Below, in pieces: positions 1-8,992 of a DNA stretch of 64,000 nucleotides. Below the pieces are notes generated by a model that was not told the origin of the DNA, did not search any database, and saw nothing but the letters and a program-made list of their open reading frames with translations. The translations under genes were made by a program, and so were the position numbers. Each line of letters starts with the position of its first letter. The first letter of the stretch is position 1. This DNA is from Candidatus Staskawiczbacteria bacterium (lineage in GTDB: Bacteria; Patescibacteriota; Minisyncoccia; Minisyncoccales; Staskawiczbacteraceae): assembly GCA_023245155.1 (NCBI GenBank), contig JAHFKV010000001.1, forward strand, positions 75,034-139,033, in the 5' to 3' direction.

Positions 1-1224
1 GCGTTAAAAAATACTATAGAGAACCTGCCAAAAACGGCTGGAGTGTACTTGTTTTACTCTGACAAGCAAATCATATATATAGGAAAGGCCATCAACATCA
101 AAGACCGGGTGAAAAATCATTTTCAGCAACCGACCTACAAAGACAACCTATATATTAAAAAAATTACCAAAATAGATTTTATTAGTACCAATTCGGAAAT
201 TGAAGCGCTGGTGCTGGAAGCTCAGCTTATTAAAAAATATTTGCCGCGGTTTAACGTGGTTTGGAAAGACGGCAAGAACTATTTTTATGTTGCAATAACA
301 CGAGATGAGCGACCAATAGTGTTTATTACTCACCAAAAAAACAACTTCCGGACAAATTACATTGGGCCATTTATTGAGGGGAATGCCCTCAAAAAAACGT
401 TGAAATATCTGCGAAGAGTTTTCCCGTTTTATAGCGCCCATCGCCACAGCGCGCGGCCCTGCACCTGGTGCCACCTTGGTGTATGCCCCGGCCCCAATCC
501 AAACCTGACTGAATACAAAGCCAACCTAAAAAAGTTAGCTCAAATTTTACAAGGAAAACGTAAAACAGTACTGTTTTCTATCCGCAAAGAAATGGCATCA
601 CTTTCAAGATCCAGTAAATTTGAAGAAGCTGGGAAAGTGCGAGACAGAATGCTGGCCCTTGAACGCGTCCTTGAGCACACCCACGTTATTGAAAATACAA
701 AATCTGGAGCGGAAAATTGGCAAGAAGCCCAAAAAGTACTGGGCAGAATTATCGGCCTGAAAAAAGAGATTTCAAAAATAGAATGCTACGACATTTCCAA
801 CATCCAAGGCAAAAACGCGGTGGGCAGCATGGTGGTTTTTGTTGATGGTTCGCCCGCCAAAAGCCAGTACAAAAAATTCAAAATCCGGATGAAAAATGAA
901 CCTAACGACATCGCTATGCTCAAAGAAGTGCTCACACGGAGGCTCGCCCACCCTGAATGGGGTTACCCGGAAGTCATGTTAATTGATGGCGGAATTGCAC
1001 AACTGAATGTCGCCATTAGAGCCAAGGGAAATAAAAATATCAGAATTACTTCTATTGCCAAGGGAAAACAAGAATTAATCATAGAAAATAAACCAAAAAT
1101 TCCTCTTAAAGACCTGCCTCAAGAAATCTACAATTTAGTTAAGCACCTGGACGACGAAGCACACAGATTCGCCATAAGTTATCATAAGAAACTAAGGAAA
1201 AAAGCCTTGTTATTTCCGAAGTGA
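1..1224 (+). CDS. uvrC: Excinuclease ABC subunit C (UvrC); 5' end runs off the window; short form without a C-terminal (HhH)2 domain
   Basis: Frame 1 is open from nt 1 (ALKNTIENLPKTAGVYLFYSD...). GIY-YIG motif IIYIGKA..IKDRVKNHF, UVR-like helix FEEAGKVRDRMLALERV and endonuclease core ECYDISNIQGKNAVGSMVVF are present. The ORF stops after ~407 aa. Confidence 0.85.
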   Translation, partial: ALKNTIENLPKTAGVYLFYSDKQIIYIGKAINIKDRVKNHFQQPTYKDNLYIKKITKIDFISTNSEIEALVLEAQLIKKYLPRFNVVWKDGKNYFYVAITRDERPIVFITHQKNNFRTNYIGPFIEGNALKKTLKYLRRVFPFYSAHRHSARPCTWCHLGVCPGPNPNLTEYKANLKKLAQILQGKRKTVLFSIRKEMASLSRSSKFEEAGKVRDRMLALERVLEHTHVIENTKSGAENWQEAQKVLGRIIGLKKEISKIECYDISNIQGKNAVGSMVVFVDGSPAKSQYKKFKIRMKNEPNDIAMLKEVLTRRLAHPEWGYPEVMLIDGGIAQLNVAIRAKGNKNIRITSIAKGKQELIIENKPKIPLKDLPQEIYNLVKHLDDEAHRFAISYHKKLRKKALLFPK

Positions 1225-1284
1225 TACCATATAATCAACTCAACGTTTTAATCCTCACACCACTCCAGCACAAAGGATTGCAAC

Positions 1285-1554
1285 ATGAAAACCAAAAAAC
1301 ATTCTGTCAGTCATTTTCTGAAGTATAATCGCCACAGTCACGGAAAAGAAATCGTAAACAACACTGAGCCAGTGTATATCAGTCTTGAAGCCAAAAAGAA
1401 ACCGGCGGCGATGGTTGAAGCCAAAGAAATATGGCGAAGAAAGACCAGGGGCAAGAAAACCAAAAAAGGTTGGGTCCAGATCAAGCGCAGAAGAAATGAA
1501 ATCATCGTGGAAATCGGCTATCCGGTTCTGATTTCAGAAGAGCCCTTGGACTAA
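1285..1554 (+). CDS. Hypothetical small Lys/Arg-rich protein (89 aa)
   Basis: ORF with AAGGA 7-8 nt upstream of the ATG, followed by a hairpin plus T-run. No recognisable family. Confidence 0.4.
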   Translation: MKTKKHSVSHFLKYNRHSHGKEIVNNTEPVYISLEAKKKPAAMVEAKEIWRRKTRGKKTKKGWVQIKRRRNEIIVEIGYPVLISEEPLD

Positions 1555-1590
1555 GGAGGATCCTTGAACATTGAGGATCTGGCGCAAAGT

Positions 1591-1627
1591 AGCCCCTAGT
1601 AAATTCTGAACGGGGCTTGTTTTTTTT
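1591..1627 (+). terminator. Putative rho-independent terminator
   Basis: AGCCCC ... GGGGCT stem (15-nt loop) followed by TTGTTTTTTTT. Confidence 0.5.
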
Positions 1628-1652
1628 CAAAAATCTGCTATTATTATGATTA

Positions 1653-2051
1653 ATGCAAAAGCTTTTCGGCAATATCATTACCGCCATCCTGGGATTGTGG
1701 CTGGCAACTATGTTTGTACCGGGGGTCAGGGTTGCTGTCTATCCTGATTCACACTTTTTCGGATTCCCATTAACCCAAAGCTGGCAACTGTTCGTATTAC
1801 TAGGGATTACACTCGGTCTTGTTAATTTTTACATAAAGCCAGTGTTAGATACCCTGACACTGCCACTGAAAATTATCACGCTTGGGTTATTCGGCCTGGT
1901 TATAGAAATGGCGCTTATTTGGGGTGTAGATTATATCTTCAGAGAATTTAGCGCTCCGTTGTTTTATCCCCTTTTCTTTACAGCGATCATCATTTGGGCA
2001 CTCAGCATTGTAATTTCAAATATCCTGCACAAAGATCATAGCGAATATTAA
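1653..2051 (+). CDS. DUF360 / phage-holin-family-IV-like 4-TM membrane protein
   Basis: 132 aa with four hydrophobic helices. GLVNFYIKPVLDTLTLPLKIITLGLFGLVIEMALIW resembles the PF04020 core. Confidence 0.65.
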   Translation: MQKLFGNIITAILGLWLATMFVPGVRVAVYPDSHFFGFPLTQSWQLFVLLGITLGLVNFYIKPVLDTLTLPLKIITLGLFGLVIEMALIWGVDYIFREFSAPLFYPLFFTAIIIWALSIVISNILHKDHSEY

Positions 2052-2068
2052 AACAATTATCTTACGTC

Positions 2069-2284
2069 ATGAACATCTATTTATTTTTCGGACAAATTGC
2101 CATTTCAATTATTCTGATTATCCTCATTGCCGTTCAGCAACGGGGAGCCGCTTTGGGATCCGCTTTTGGCGGAGGAGGAGAATTTTATTCTTCAAGGCGG
2201 GGAATTCAGAAAAAGCTGCATTACGCTACCATAGCACTAGCAGCTCTCTTTTTGATATCGGGTGTTGTAAGCCTTTTATTCTAA
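2069..2284 (+). CDS. secG: Preprotein translocase subunit SecG
   Basis: 71 aa with two TM helices flanking the Gly-rich loop QQRGAALGSAFGGGGEFYSSRRG, as is typical of SecG. Confidence 0.8.
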   Translation: MNIYLFFGQIAISIILIILIAVQQRGAALGSAFGGGGEFYSSRRGIQKKLHYATIALAALFLISGVVSLLF

Positions 2285-2300
2285 CCGTACACATTCGCTA

Positions 2301-4298
2301 ATGAATTTCACATTTCCCAGTTTTTCCCAATGGAAACAAATTTTTAAAGTACTGAAAAAAGGTGAAAAAATAGCCCTTTTGATATTTGCCATAGCTGCCG
2401 TAGCTTCTTTTTTAGTTTTAGCAATCAATGTTTATTTAAGTAACACCAATGCGGTACCCACCTTGGGCGGAACCTATATTGAGGGCGCGGTAGGACAACC
2501 CAGGTTCATTAACCCGATTTACGGTGAAACCAACGACACTGACCGTGCGTTAATTGACTTAGTTTTTTCCGGGCTGATGACCTATGACAAAGAAGGCAAG
2601 ATAGTCAAAGATCTGGCGGACCGTTACACTGTTTCAAATGATGGAAGAACTTATGATTTTACGTTAAAAAATGCCACCTGGCACGATGGAAAACCATTAA
2701 CCGCCGACGACATCGTTTTTACCATAAAAACCATTCAAAATTCGGATTATAAAAGTCCGTTGAGGGCCAATTGGATCGGTGTTGATGTGCAAAAAGTTTC
2801 AGACCGATCGGTGCGTTTTGTGCTTAAGACCCCCTACAATTCTTTCTTGGAAAATTGCACCTTAAAAATTATTCCCGAACACATTTGGGGAACTATTTTA
2901 CCGGAGAACTTCGCTCTTTCTGCCTATAACTTGCAACCGATTGGTTCAGGACCCTTTGCATTTTCTTCCATCCACCAGGATAACCGTGGGTTCATCAATA
3001 CTCTGGACCTGGCATCAAACCGCAAATATTATGGCAATCTCTCCCTTATTGCAACCATATCATTCCATTTTTTTGAAAAAAAAGAAGAACTGGAGCAAGC
3101 GGCAAAAGCCGGTTCTATCAATGGGTTTACCTTAGCCGCCCTGGATAATAATGAAGCTGAAGCTGAGCAATCCGTAAAGGCTGGCTGGTCCGCGAACCAA
3201 AAGTTTTTAGCATATTCTTTTTCATTGCCAAGATACTTTGCCGTATTCTTCAATACCCAGAAAACATCGCTGTTCGCCGATAAAAATATACGAAAAGCAT
3301 TTTCATATGCAACTGACAAAGCAGAGCTGGTTACAACCATCAATACCCAAATGAAAGGCCATGCCATTGCCATCGATTCCCCCATTCTCCCTAATTTCTT
3401 TGATTACCAAAAACCCACCACCGTGTATACTTTTGATCTAAATCTGGCAAAAAGTCTGTTAGATAAATCCGGATTTAAAGAAGGTGATCAGGGTGCGCGC
3501 CAAAAAGTTACCAACAAAAAACCGGCCTTCCAATTTAAAAGTTATCTGAAACTCAATTCCAAAGGAACCGAAGTCACCCAGTTGCAAGCATGTCTGGTTA
3601 AACTAGATGATACTTTCAAGCAAATCTTAGCTGGGGAAACTAATGGAACCTATGGGAAAGCCACCCAGCAAGCGGTAAGTGAATTCCAGAAAAAGTATTT
3701 ACCGGACACCAATCCAACCGGTGAAACAGGCACTGGCACCCGAGCAAAACTCAACCAATTGTGCCTGGGCCCTTCCACTAATTCAACGCCTTTAAAATTG
3801 ACACTAACTACCGTCAACCAGCCACAATTAATCCAAGTTGCCAACCTATTAAAACAATACTGGCAAAGTGTAGGTGCCCAAGTGACAATCAATGCAGTGT
3901 CGCTGACCGATTTAAAACAGGTTATCAAAAGCCGAAATTATGACGCGCTATTATACGGAGAAGCTTTGGGAGCCAAACCTGATTTTTACCCCTTCTGGCA
4001 TTCTTCCCAAAGGCTAGATCCGGGTCTGAATCTTTCTTCATATGAGAATAAGCAGGCCGACCAGCTATTAAAAGACAGCCGAGAAACCATGGATTTATTA
4101 CTTAAAGAACAAAAATTAGAAAAGCTGCAAGATATTATTATTGATGATGCTCCGGCCCTGTTTTTATATAACCCCGATTACCTGTATTGGGTTTCCAGCA
4201 AGGTTCAAGGCATTGATACCGAAAAAATTATTGACCCAGCCAAAAGGTTTAGTAATATAACAAATTGGTATTTGCAGACCAAGCGGGTCTGGAAATAA
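2301..4298 (+). CDS. Extracellular solute-binding protein, family 5 (peptide/nickel type), with a nested peptidoglycan-binding domain
   Basis: N-terminal membrane anchor and SBP_bac_5-like regions (YTVSNDGRTYDFTLKNATWHDGKPLTADDIVFT ... FYPFWHSSQ). A PG_binding_1-like segment lies at aa ~415-488. Confidence 0.8.
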   Translation: MNFTFPSFSQWKQIFKVLKKGEKIALLIFAIAAVASFLVLAINVYLSNTNAVPTLGGTYIEGAVGQPRFINPIYGETNDTDRALIDLVFSGLMTYDKEGKIVKDLADRYTVSNDGRTYDFTLKNATWHDGKPLTADDIVFTIKTIQNSDYKSPLRANWIGVDVQKVSDRSVRFVLKTPYNSFLENCTLKIIPEHIWGTILPENFALSAYNLQPIGSGPFAFSSIHQDNRGFINTLDLASNRKYYGNLSLIATISFHFFEKKEELEQAAKAGSINGFTLAALDNNEAEAEQSVKAGWSANQKFLAYSFSLPRYFAVFFNTQKTSLFADKNIRKAFSYATDKAELVTTINTQMKGHAIAIDSPILPNFFDYQKPTTVYTFDLNLAKSLLDKSGFKEGDQGARQKVTNKKPAFQFKSYLKLNSKGTEVTQLQACLVKLDDTFKQILAGETNGTYGKATQQAVSEFQKKYLPDTNPTGETGTGTRAKLNQLCLGPSTNSTPLKLTLTTVNQPQLIQVANLLKQYWQSVGAQVTINAVSLTDLKQVIKSRNYDALLYGEALGAKPDFYPFWHSSQRLDPGLNLSSYENKQADQLLKDSRETMDLLLKEQKLEKLQDIIIDDAPALFLYNPDYLYWVSSKVQGIDTEKIIDPAKRFSNITNWYLQTKRVWK

Positions 4299-4304
4299 CA
4301 ATTT

Positions 4305-4397
4305 GCACAAAGGGGGTCGGGGAAATTAGGTATTTCCCCGTGTAGGAAATTATTCAAAACCGAGGGTTTTGAAGGAGCAAGCCCGAAGGGTGAGCGA
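4305..4397 (+). repeat. 93-nt structured intergenic repeat, copy A
   Basis: Matches the reverse complement of 46977..47069 at 91/93 positions (hand alignment). Contains hairpins CGGGGAAAT-taggt-ATTTCCCCG and TTCAAAACC-gag-GGTTTTGAA. Confidence 0.9.
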
Positions 4398-4426
4398 CCT
4401 AATTGGTACTATTAAACAAAACGAGT

Positions 4427-5005
4427 ATGGAAATAGATTTAACGGGTAAAACACCCGACGTGCGAAATCTGAGTGAATTAGAAAAAGTGGTCTATGACAA
4501 AGTTTGGTTTGCAGCAGCCGATAAAAGTGCGGTGCTGTACCAAATGTATCGTAAATTAAAAATTGAGAATGGTTTGCGCTATGATGTGACGATTATCCCG
4601 CCACGCATGCTGGGCGTGGAATTTGTCAAAACCAAAGGGCACGTTCATGCCGGGTTTTACGGCGAAGTCTACATGGTTTTGGATGGCGAAGGATTGTATT
4701 TTGCGCAAAAAGGCGATGAAGAAAAAATCGAAGATACATTTGTGGTACATGGTAAAAAAGGTGATGTGATTTTAATTCCGGCCGGATACGGACATGTAAC
4801 GATTAATCCGGGAAGTGCACCGCTTAAAACCGCCAATTGGGTGGCCGAAACTGACAAAGGAAATTTTGAACCGTTTGAAAGAAATCAAGGTGCGTGTTAT
4901 TACTATTTGCAAAGCGGCTGGGTAAAAAATCCAAACTACAAACAGGTTCCAGAATTGAGATTTGAAGAACCCAAAAAAGAAGTGCCAGCAAACTTAGATT
5001 TTTGA
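4427..5005 (+). CDS. Cupin-type (archaeal-type) glucose-6-phosphate isomerase
   Basis: TKGHVHAGFYGEVYMVLDGEG ... GDVILIPAGYGHVTINPG matches the cupin PGI family (PF06560). ATG at 4427 is preferred over the track's TTG at 4403. Confidence 0.8.
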   Translation: MEIDLTGKTPDVRNLSELEKVVYDKVWFAAADKSAVLYQMYRKLKIENGLRYDVTIIPPRMLGVEFVKTKGHVHAGFYGEVYMVLDGEGLYFAQKGDEEKIEDTFVVHGKKGDVILIPAGYGHVTINPGSAPLKTANWVAETDKGNFEPFERNQGACYYYLQSGWVKNPNYKQVPELRFEEPKKEVPANLDF

Positions 5006-5028
5006 AGGCGCCTCAATAAATTAAGCCT

Positions 5029-5110
5029 GCCCGGGTGGCGAAATTGGCAACCGCATACGCTTCAGGTGCGTACGCCGCAAGGCTTGCAGGTTCGACTCCT
5101 GTCCCGGGCA
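5029..5110 (+). tRNA. tRNA-Leu(CAG)
   Basis: Acceptor GCCCGGG/CCCGGGC, anticodon arm TACGC-TTCAGGT-GCGTA, long variable arm, T-loop TTCGACT. No encoded CCA. Confidence 0.9.
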
Positions 5111-5118
5111 CATAAATC

Positions 5119-5706
5119 ATGATTTCTGAAATTTTTGGATATTTATCGGGAATAGTAATTTTATTGGCTTTTATCCCCTATTTAAGAGATATTTTTCTGG
5201 GGAAAACCAAGCCAGAAAGAGCTTCTTGGTTAATATGGGGAATACTTGGTTCTATCGCGCTCGCCTCGCAATATGCAAAAGGTGCGTCATTCTCTTTATT
5301 GTTTAATGGCGTACAAACATTTGGAGATTTATTTATTTTCATATTGGCAATCCGCTATGGGATTGGCGGGTTCATGAAGAGAGATATCTTCGCTTTAATT
5401 GGTGTGGCCATAGGTCTCGTACTATGGTATCTTACAAAAGAAGCTGCGTTAGCCCTGTTGATTGTTATTTTTATTGACGGCACTGGCACAGTATTAACGA
5501 TAATTAAATCTTATGAAAATCCAACCACCGAAACTATGAGTGCATGGATATTAACTGCTTTAGGTGGATTACTAGCCTGCATAGCGGTTGGTAAATTCAA
5601 TATTATTTTATTAGCTTTCCCATTTTATACCTTCTTGGCAAACTTAGGAATCATAGCATCAATAAAATTGGGTCTTAAAAAACAAACTCTTAATATTAAA
5701 AATTAA
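5119..5706 (+). CDS. Hypothetical polytopic membrane protein (about 6 TM helices)
   Basis: 195 aa, hydrophobic throughout. The ATG lies 8 nt after tRNA-Leu. No confident family assignment. Confidence 0.55.
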   Translation: MISEIFGYLSGIVILLAFIPYLRDIFLGKTKPERASWLIWGILGSIALASQYAKGASFSLLFNGVQTFGDLFIFILAIRYGIGGFMKRDIFALIGVAIGLVLWYLTKEAALALLIVIFIDGTGTVLTIIKSYENPTTETMSAWILTALGGLLACIAVGKFNIILLAFPFYTFLANLGIIASIKLGLKKQTLNIKN

Positions 5707-5747
5707 CTAATTCGGAACTTCTGGTTCTGGATTCAAAAAACAAAAAT

Positions 5748-7616
5748 ATGATTAAACAAGATATGAGCAACCGCCAAGGGCGGGGTCCCGCTATAAGCGG
5801 GAAAAACACGGTGCAAGGTGCACCACACCAAAAACCTCGGCCGGCAAACCGCGGTAGATTTAAACGCATTGACCGCTCGGCCATTGGCAAAAACTGGAAA
5901 GAAACTCCAGGATTAAAACCCATGGTCTGGAAACCCGAAGACAACTTAAAAATTATCCCTTTGGGCGGGTGCGAAGAAGTCGGCCGCAACATGACCGTCT
6001 TTGAATATGGCCAAGATATTATCATTTTGGACATGGGCCTGCAATTCCCTGAACAAGATATGCCGGGAATTGATTACGTCATCCCGAACACCGAGTACCT
6101 GCGCGGAAAAGAAAAAAACATTAAAGCCGTTATTTTCAGTCACGGACACTTAGACCACATTGGAGCGGCTGCCATTTTGTTAAAAAAACTTGGCAATCCA
6201 CCCATCATTGGCCGACCATTAACCATTGAGATGATTAAGCACCGGGTGGAAGACCACGAACGCGGCAGCAGTAAAAAACTCAACGTGCAATACATTAAAG
6301 ATATTAACGAAAAAGTAAAACTGGGCAACTTTAACATTTCCTTTTTTGCCATTGACCACGCCATCATGGATGCTGTCGGTGTAATTTTTGAAACACCAGT
6401 AGCAACGGTTTTGCACCCTGGCGATTGGACCATTGAAAAAGACCCCGTTGGCCGTGATGTATTGCATTACCACCAATTGGCAAATTTGAAAAAGCCCGGC
6501 AAGCCAACCATTTTAATGCTGGAAGCGTTGGGCGCCATCAACAATAAACCACCCGTAACCGAACAGGAAATGATGGGTAACATCCAAAAAATTATTGGCT
6601 TGGCTCCTGGCCGTACCATTATTGCTACTTTTTCCAGCCAAACTGAAAGAATCAAGCAAGTCATGGAACTGGCAGCTGCCACCAACAAAAAAGTGGCTTT
6701 GGATGGCTTTAGTATGAAAATGAATATTGAACTGGCCACCCAACTTGGCTACATTAAAGTACCCAAGGGCGTAGTCATTCCCGTAGACTCCATTAACAGC
6801 TACCCGGATAACAAAGTCATCGTCATTTGCACCGGAGCCCAAGGCGAAGAAATGGCTGCTCTGCCCCGCATTATCGCTGGCAACCACAAATATATCCGTA
6901 TTAAAAAAGAAGATACGATTATCTTCTCGTCTTCAGTCATACCAGGAAATGAAAGGACGGTGCAACGAGTAAAAGACAACATTTACCGCCTGTCTGACAA
7001 CGTGTACCACAACGACATCATGAACGTGCACGCTTCCGGGCACACCAACATTGATGGTATCAAGCAAATGCTTTCCGAAGTCAAACCGGATTATTTCATT
7101 CCCGTGTATGGCAACCACTTTATGTTAAAAGAAGCTCAGCGCATTGGCTGGGGCATGGGCATTCCAAAAAACAAAACCTTTGTGCCAGACAACGGCAGTA
7201 TTATCAAATTCACCAACCAGGGGGCTGAAGTATTGAAAGAAAAGGTTCCCAGCAATTATGTGTTTGTGGATGGCCTTGGCGTGGGCGACGTGGGCGAAGT
7301 TGTTTTACGTGACCGCCAAGCCCTGGCTCAAGACGGCATGTTTGTGATTGTGACCATTATTGATAGCCAAACCGGCAAAGTCAAAGGCAGTCCGGATATT
7401 ATCAGCCGAGGGTTTGTGTACCTGCGCGAATCAAAAGATTTGCTCTCCCAAACCCGCAAAAAAGTCTTTGAAATTGTGGAAAAATCCGGCGGTCATGGCC
7501 AAACCACGCCCGACTGGAATTATGTGAAAGAAGAAATTCGCAATAAAGTTGGGGACTTTCTGGCCACCCGCACTTCAAGAAGACCCATGGTATTACCGGT
7601 GGTTATTGAGGTATAA
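5748..7616 (+). CDS. rnj: Ribonuclease J (metallo-beta-lactamase / beta-CASP) with a basic ~70-aa N-terminal extension
   Basis: IIPLGGCEEVGRNMTVFEYGQDIIILDMG, the HGHLDHIGA motif and a length and layout typical of RNase J. Confidence 0.9.
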   Translation: MIKQDMSNRQGRGPAISGKNTVQGAPHQKPRPANRGRFKRIDRSAIGKNWKETPGLKPMVWKPEDNLKIIPLGGCEEVGRNMTVFEYGQDIIILDMGLQFPEQDMPGIDYVIPNTEYLRGKEKNIKAVIFSHGHLDHIGAAAILLKKLGNPPIIGRPLTIEMIKHRVEDHERGSSKKLNVQYIKDINEKVKLGNFNISFFAIDHAIMDAVGVIFETPVATVLHPGDWTIEKDPVGRDVLHYHQLANLKKPGKPTILMLEALGAINNKPPVTEQEMMGNIQKIIGLAPGRTIIATFSSQTERIKQVMELAAATNKKVALDGFSMKMNIELATQLGYIKVPKGVVIPVDSINSYPDNKVIVICTGAQGEEMAALPRIIAGNHKYIRIKKEDTIIFSSSVIPGNERTVQRVKDNIYRLSDNVYHNDIMNVHASGHTNIDGIKQMLSEVKPDYFIPVYGNHFMLKEAQRIGWGMGIPKNKTFVPDNGSIIKFTNQGAEVLKEKVPSNYVFVDGLGVGDVGEVVLRDRQALAQDGMFVIVTIIDSQTGKVKGSPDIISRGFVYLRESKDLLSQTRKKVFEIVEKSGGHGQTTPDWNYVKEEIRNKVGDFLATRTSRRPMVLPVVIEV

Positions 7617-7636
7617 TTAACGAATAAGTTGTTACC

Positions 7637-8614
7637 ATGAAAATATTTTCAGGCATTCAGCCGACTAATCAACTTCACATTGGAAACTACCTGGGAGCGG
7701 TAAAGCAATGGGTCCAGCTCCAGGAAAACCACGAGTGCATCTATTGCATTGTTGATTTGCATGCCCTCACCATCCCCTACGACCCCAAAAATCTCCAAGA
7801 AAAAATCAAGGAAACGGTGATTGCGTTAATCGCCGCGGGCTTAGACCCTGAAAAATGCATTATTTTTACCCAGTCGCACGTCAAAGAGCACGCCGAGCTG
7901 GGCTGGCTGCTCAATACCATTTGCCCTATAGGAGAATTGGAGCGCATGACCCAGTACAAAGACAAGTCCAAGAAGTTTAAAGAAAATATAAATGCCGGAC
8001 TACTGGATTACCCCGTGCTTATGGCCGGAGATGTTTTGCTGTACAAAGGCCAGGCTGTGCCCGTGGGCAAAGATCAAGAGCAGCATGTTGAATTAATGCG
8101 AACGCTGGCACGAAAATTTAACCAGAAGTTTGGTAAAACATTTGAAGAGCCAAAATCTCTCATTCTCCAAGAGGGCGCAAAGATTATGAGCTTAGTTGAC
8201 CCCAAGAAAAAGATGTCAAAGTCAGACGACCCCAAAAGTTGTATTTTCCTATTTGACACCGCAGAAGCCATTACTAAAAAAATTATGGCAGCTACCACGG
8301 ATTCAGGTAAAGACATTAAATTTAACCTCACCAAAAAACCGGGCATTTCTAACCTGCTGATGATCTATAGTTTACTGACCGGCAAAACCACGCAGGAATT
8401 GGAAAAAGAATTTGCTGGAAAAAATTATGGGGAATTTAAAAAATCTTTAGCGCAAGTAGTGGTAAATTATCTTGAACCCTTCCGCAAAAAGCAAACTGAA
8501 TTTGCCGCTCGCGACGTGTATGTGCAAGAAATTTTAAAGCAAGGTGCCGCCAGGGCTCAGAAGATTGCCGAAACCACCATGCGCGAAGTAAAACAGAAAA
8601 TGGGGCTTATCTAG
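7637..8614 (+). CDS. trpS: Tryptophan--tRNA ligase
   Basis: HIGNYLGA (HIGH-type) and KMSKS motifs; 325 aa. Confidence 0.95.
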   Translation: MKIFSGIQPTNQLHIGNYLGAVKQWVQLQENHECIYCIVDLHALTIPYDPKNLQEKIKETVIALIAAGLDPEKCIIFTQSHVKEHAELGWLLNTICPIGELERMTQYKDKSKKFKENINAGLLDYPVLMAGDVLLYKGQAVPVGKDQEQHVELMRTLARKFNQKFGKTFEEPKSLILQEGAKIMSLVDPKKKMSKSDDPKSCIFLFDTAEAITKKIMAATTDSGKDIKFNLTKKPGISNLLMIYSLLTGKTTQELEKEFAGKNYGEFKKSLAQVVVNYLEPFRKKQTEFAARDVYVQEILKQGAARAQKIAETTMREVKQKMGLI

Positions 8615-8618
8615 CCCT

Positions 8619-8654
8619 AAAAAAACAGCCCCGCCGCGGCGGGGCTGTTTTTTG
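8619..8654 (+). terminator. Rho-independent terminator (bidirectional shape)
   Basis: AAAAAAA-CAGCCCCGCC..GGCGGGGCTG-TTTTTT directly after the trpS stop. Confidence 0.85.
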
Positions 8655-8655
8655 A

Positions 8656-8960
8656 TTACTCGCCAAAAAGTTCTACCTTTTTAATGCCATAAAGAGAGAA
8701 AGAAACTTCATTACCAGACTCATCAATTCCCAATAGATTATTATCCTTATCAAACAATATTTTCTTCTTATCTGATCCAAGCTCTAGCCCCACAACGAGA
8801 ACCATTTTTTGTTAGACTGACTATCTGAATCCTCAATCCATAAATTTACTTTGTCACCAAAATGGTCTATCAAAAAACTTTCAATCTGGCCTGGAGTTTG
8901 TTCTTGATCCTCCGCTGAATGCTCATTTTGAACACCATCTAACATTTCCCTGTCTCCCAT
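8656..8960 (-). pseudogene. Two overlapping small ORFs (58 aa at 8784..8960, 49 aa at 8656..8805). Possibly one frameshifted or slippage-dependent small gene.
   Basis: Hand translation: MGDREMLDG...DSQSNKKWFSLWG* and MVLVVGLELGSDKKKILFDKDNNLLGIDESGNEVSFSLYGIKKVELFGE*. The frames meet at CAAAAAATGG. Both are below the track's size cut-off. Confidence 0.25.
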
Positions 8961-8992
8961 ATTTTTATTAGTTTAATACTATTATCTTAATA

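Noticed and set aside
7617-7636. T-box or other riboswitch leaders for trpS and valS.
   Set aside because: The upstream spacers are only about 20 and 17 nt, far too short for a T-box. Both genes are packed directly behind the preceding gene.
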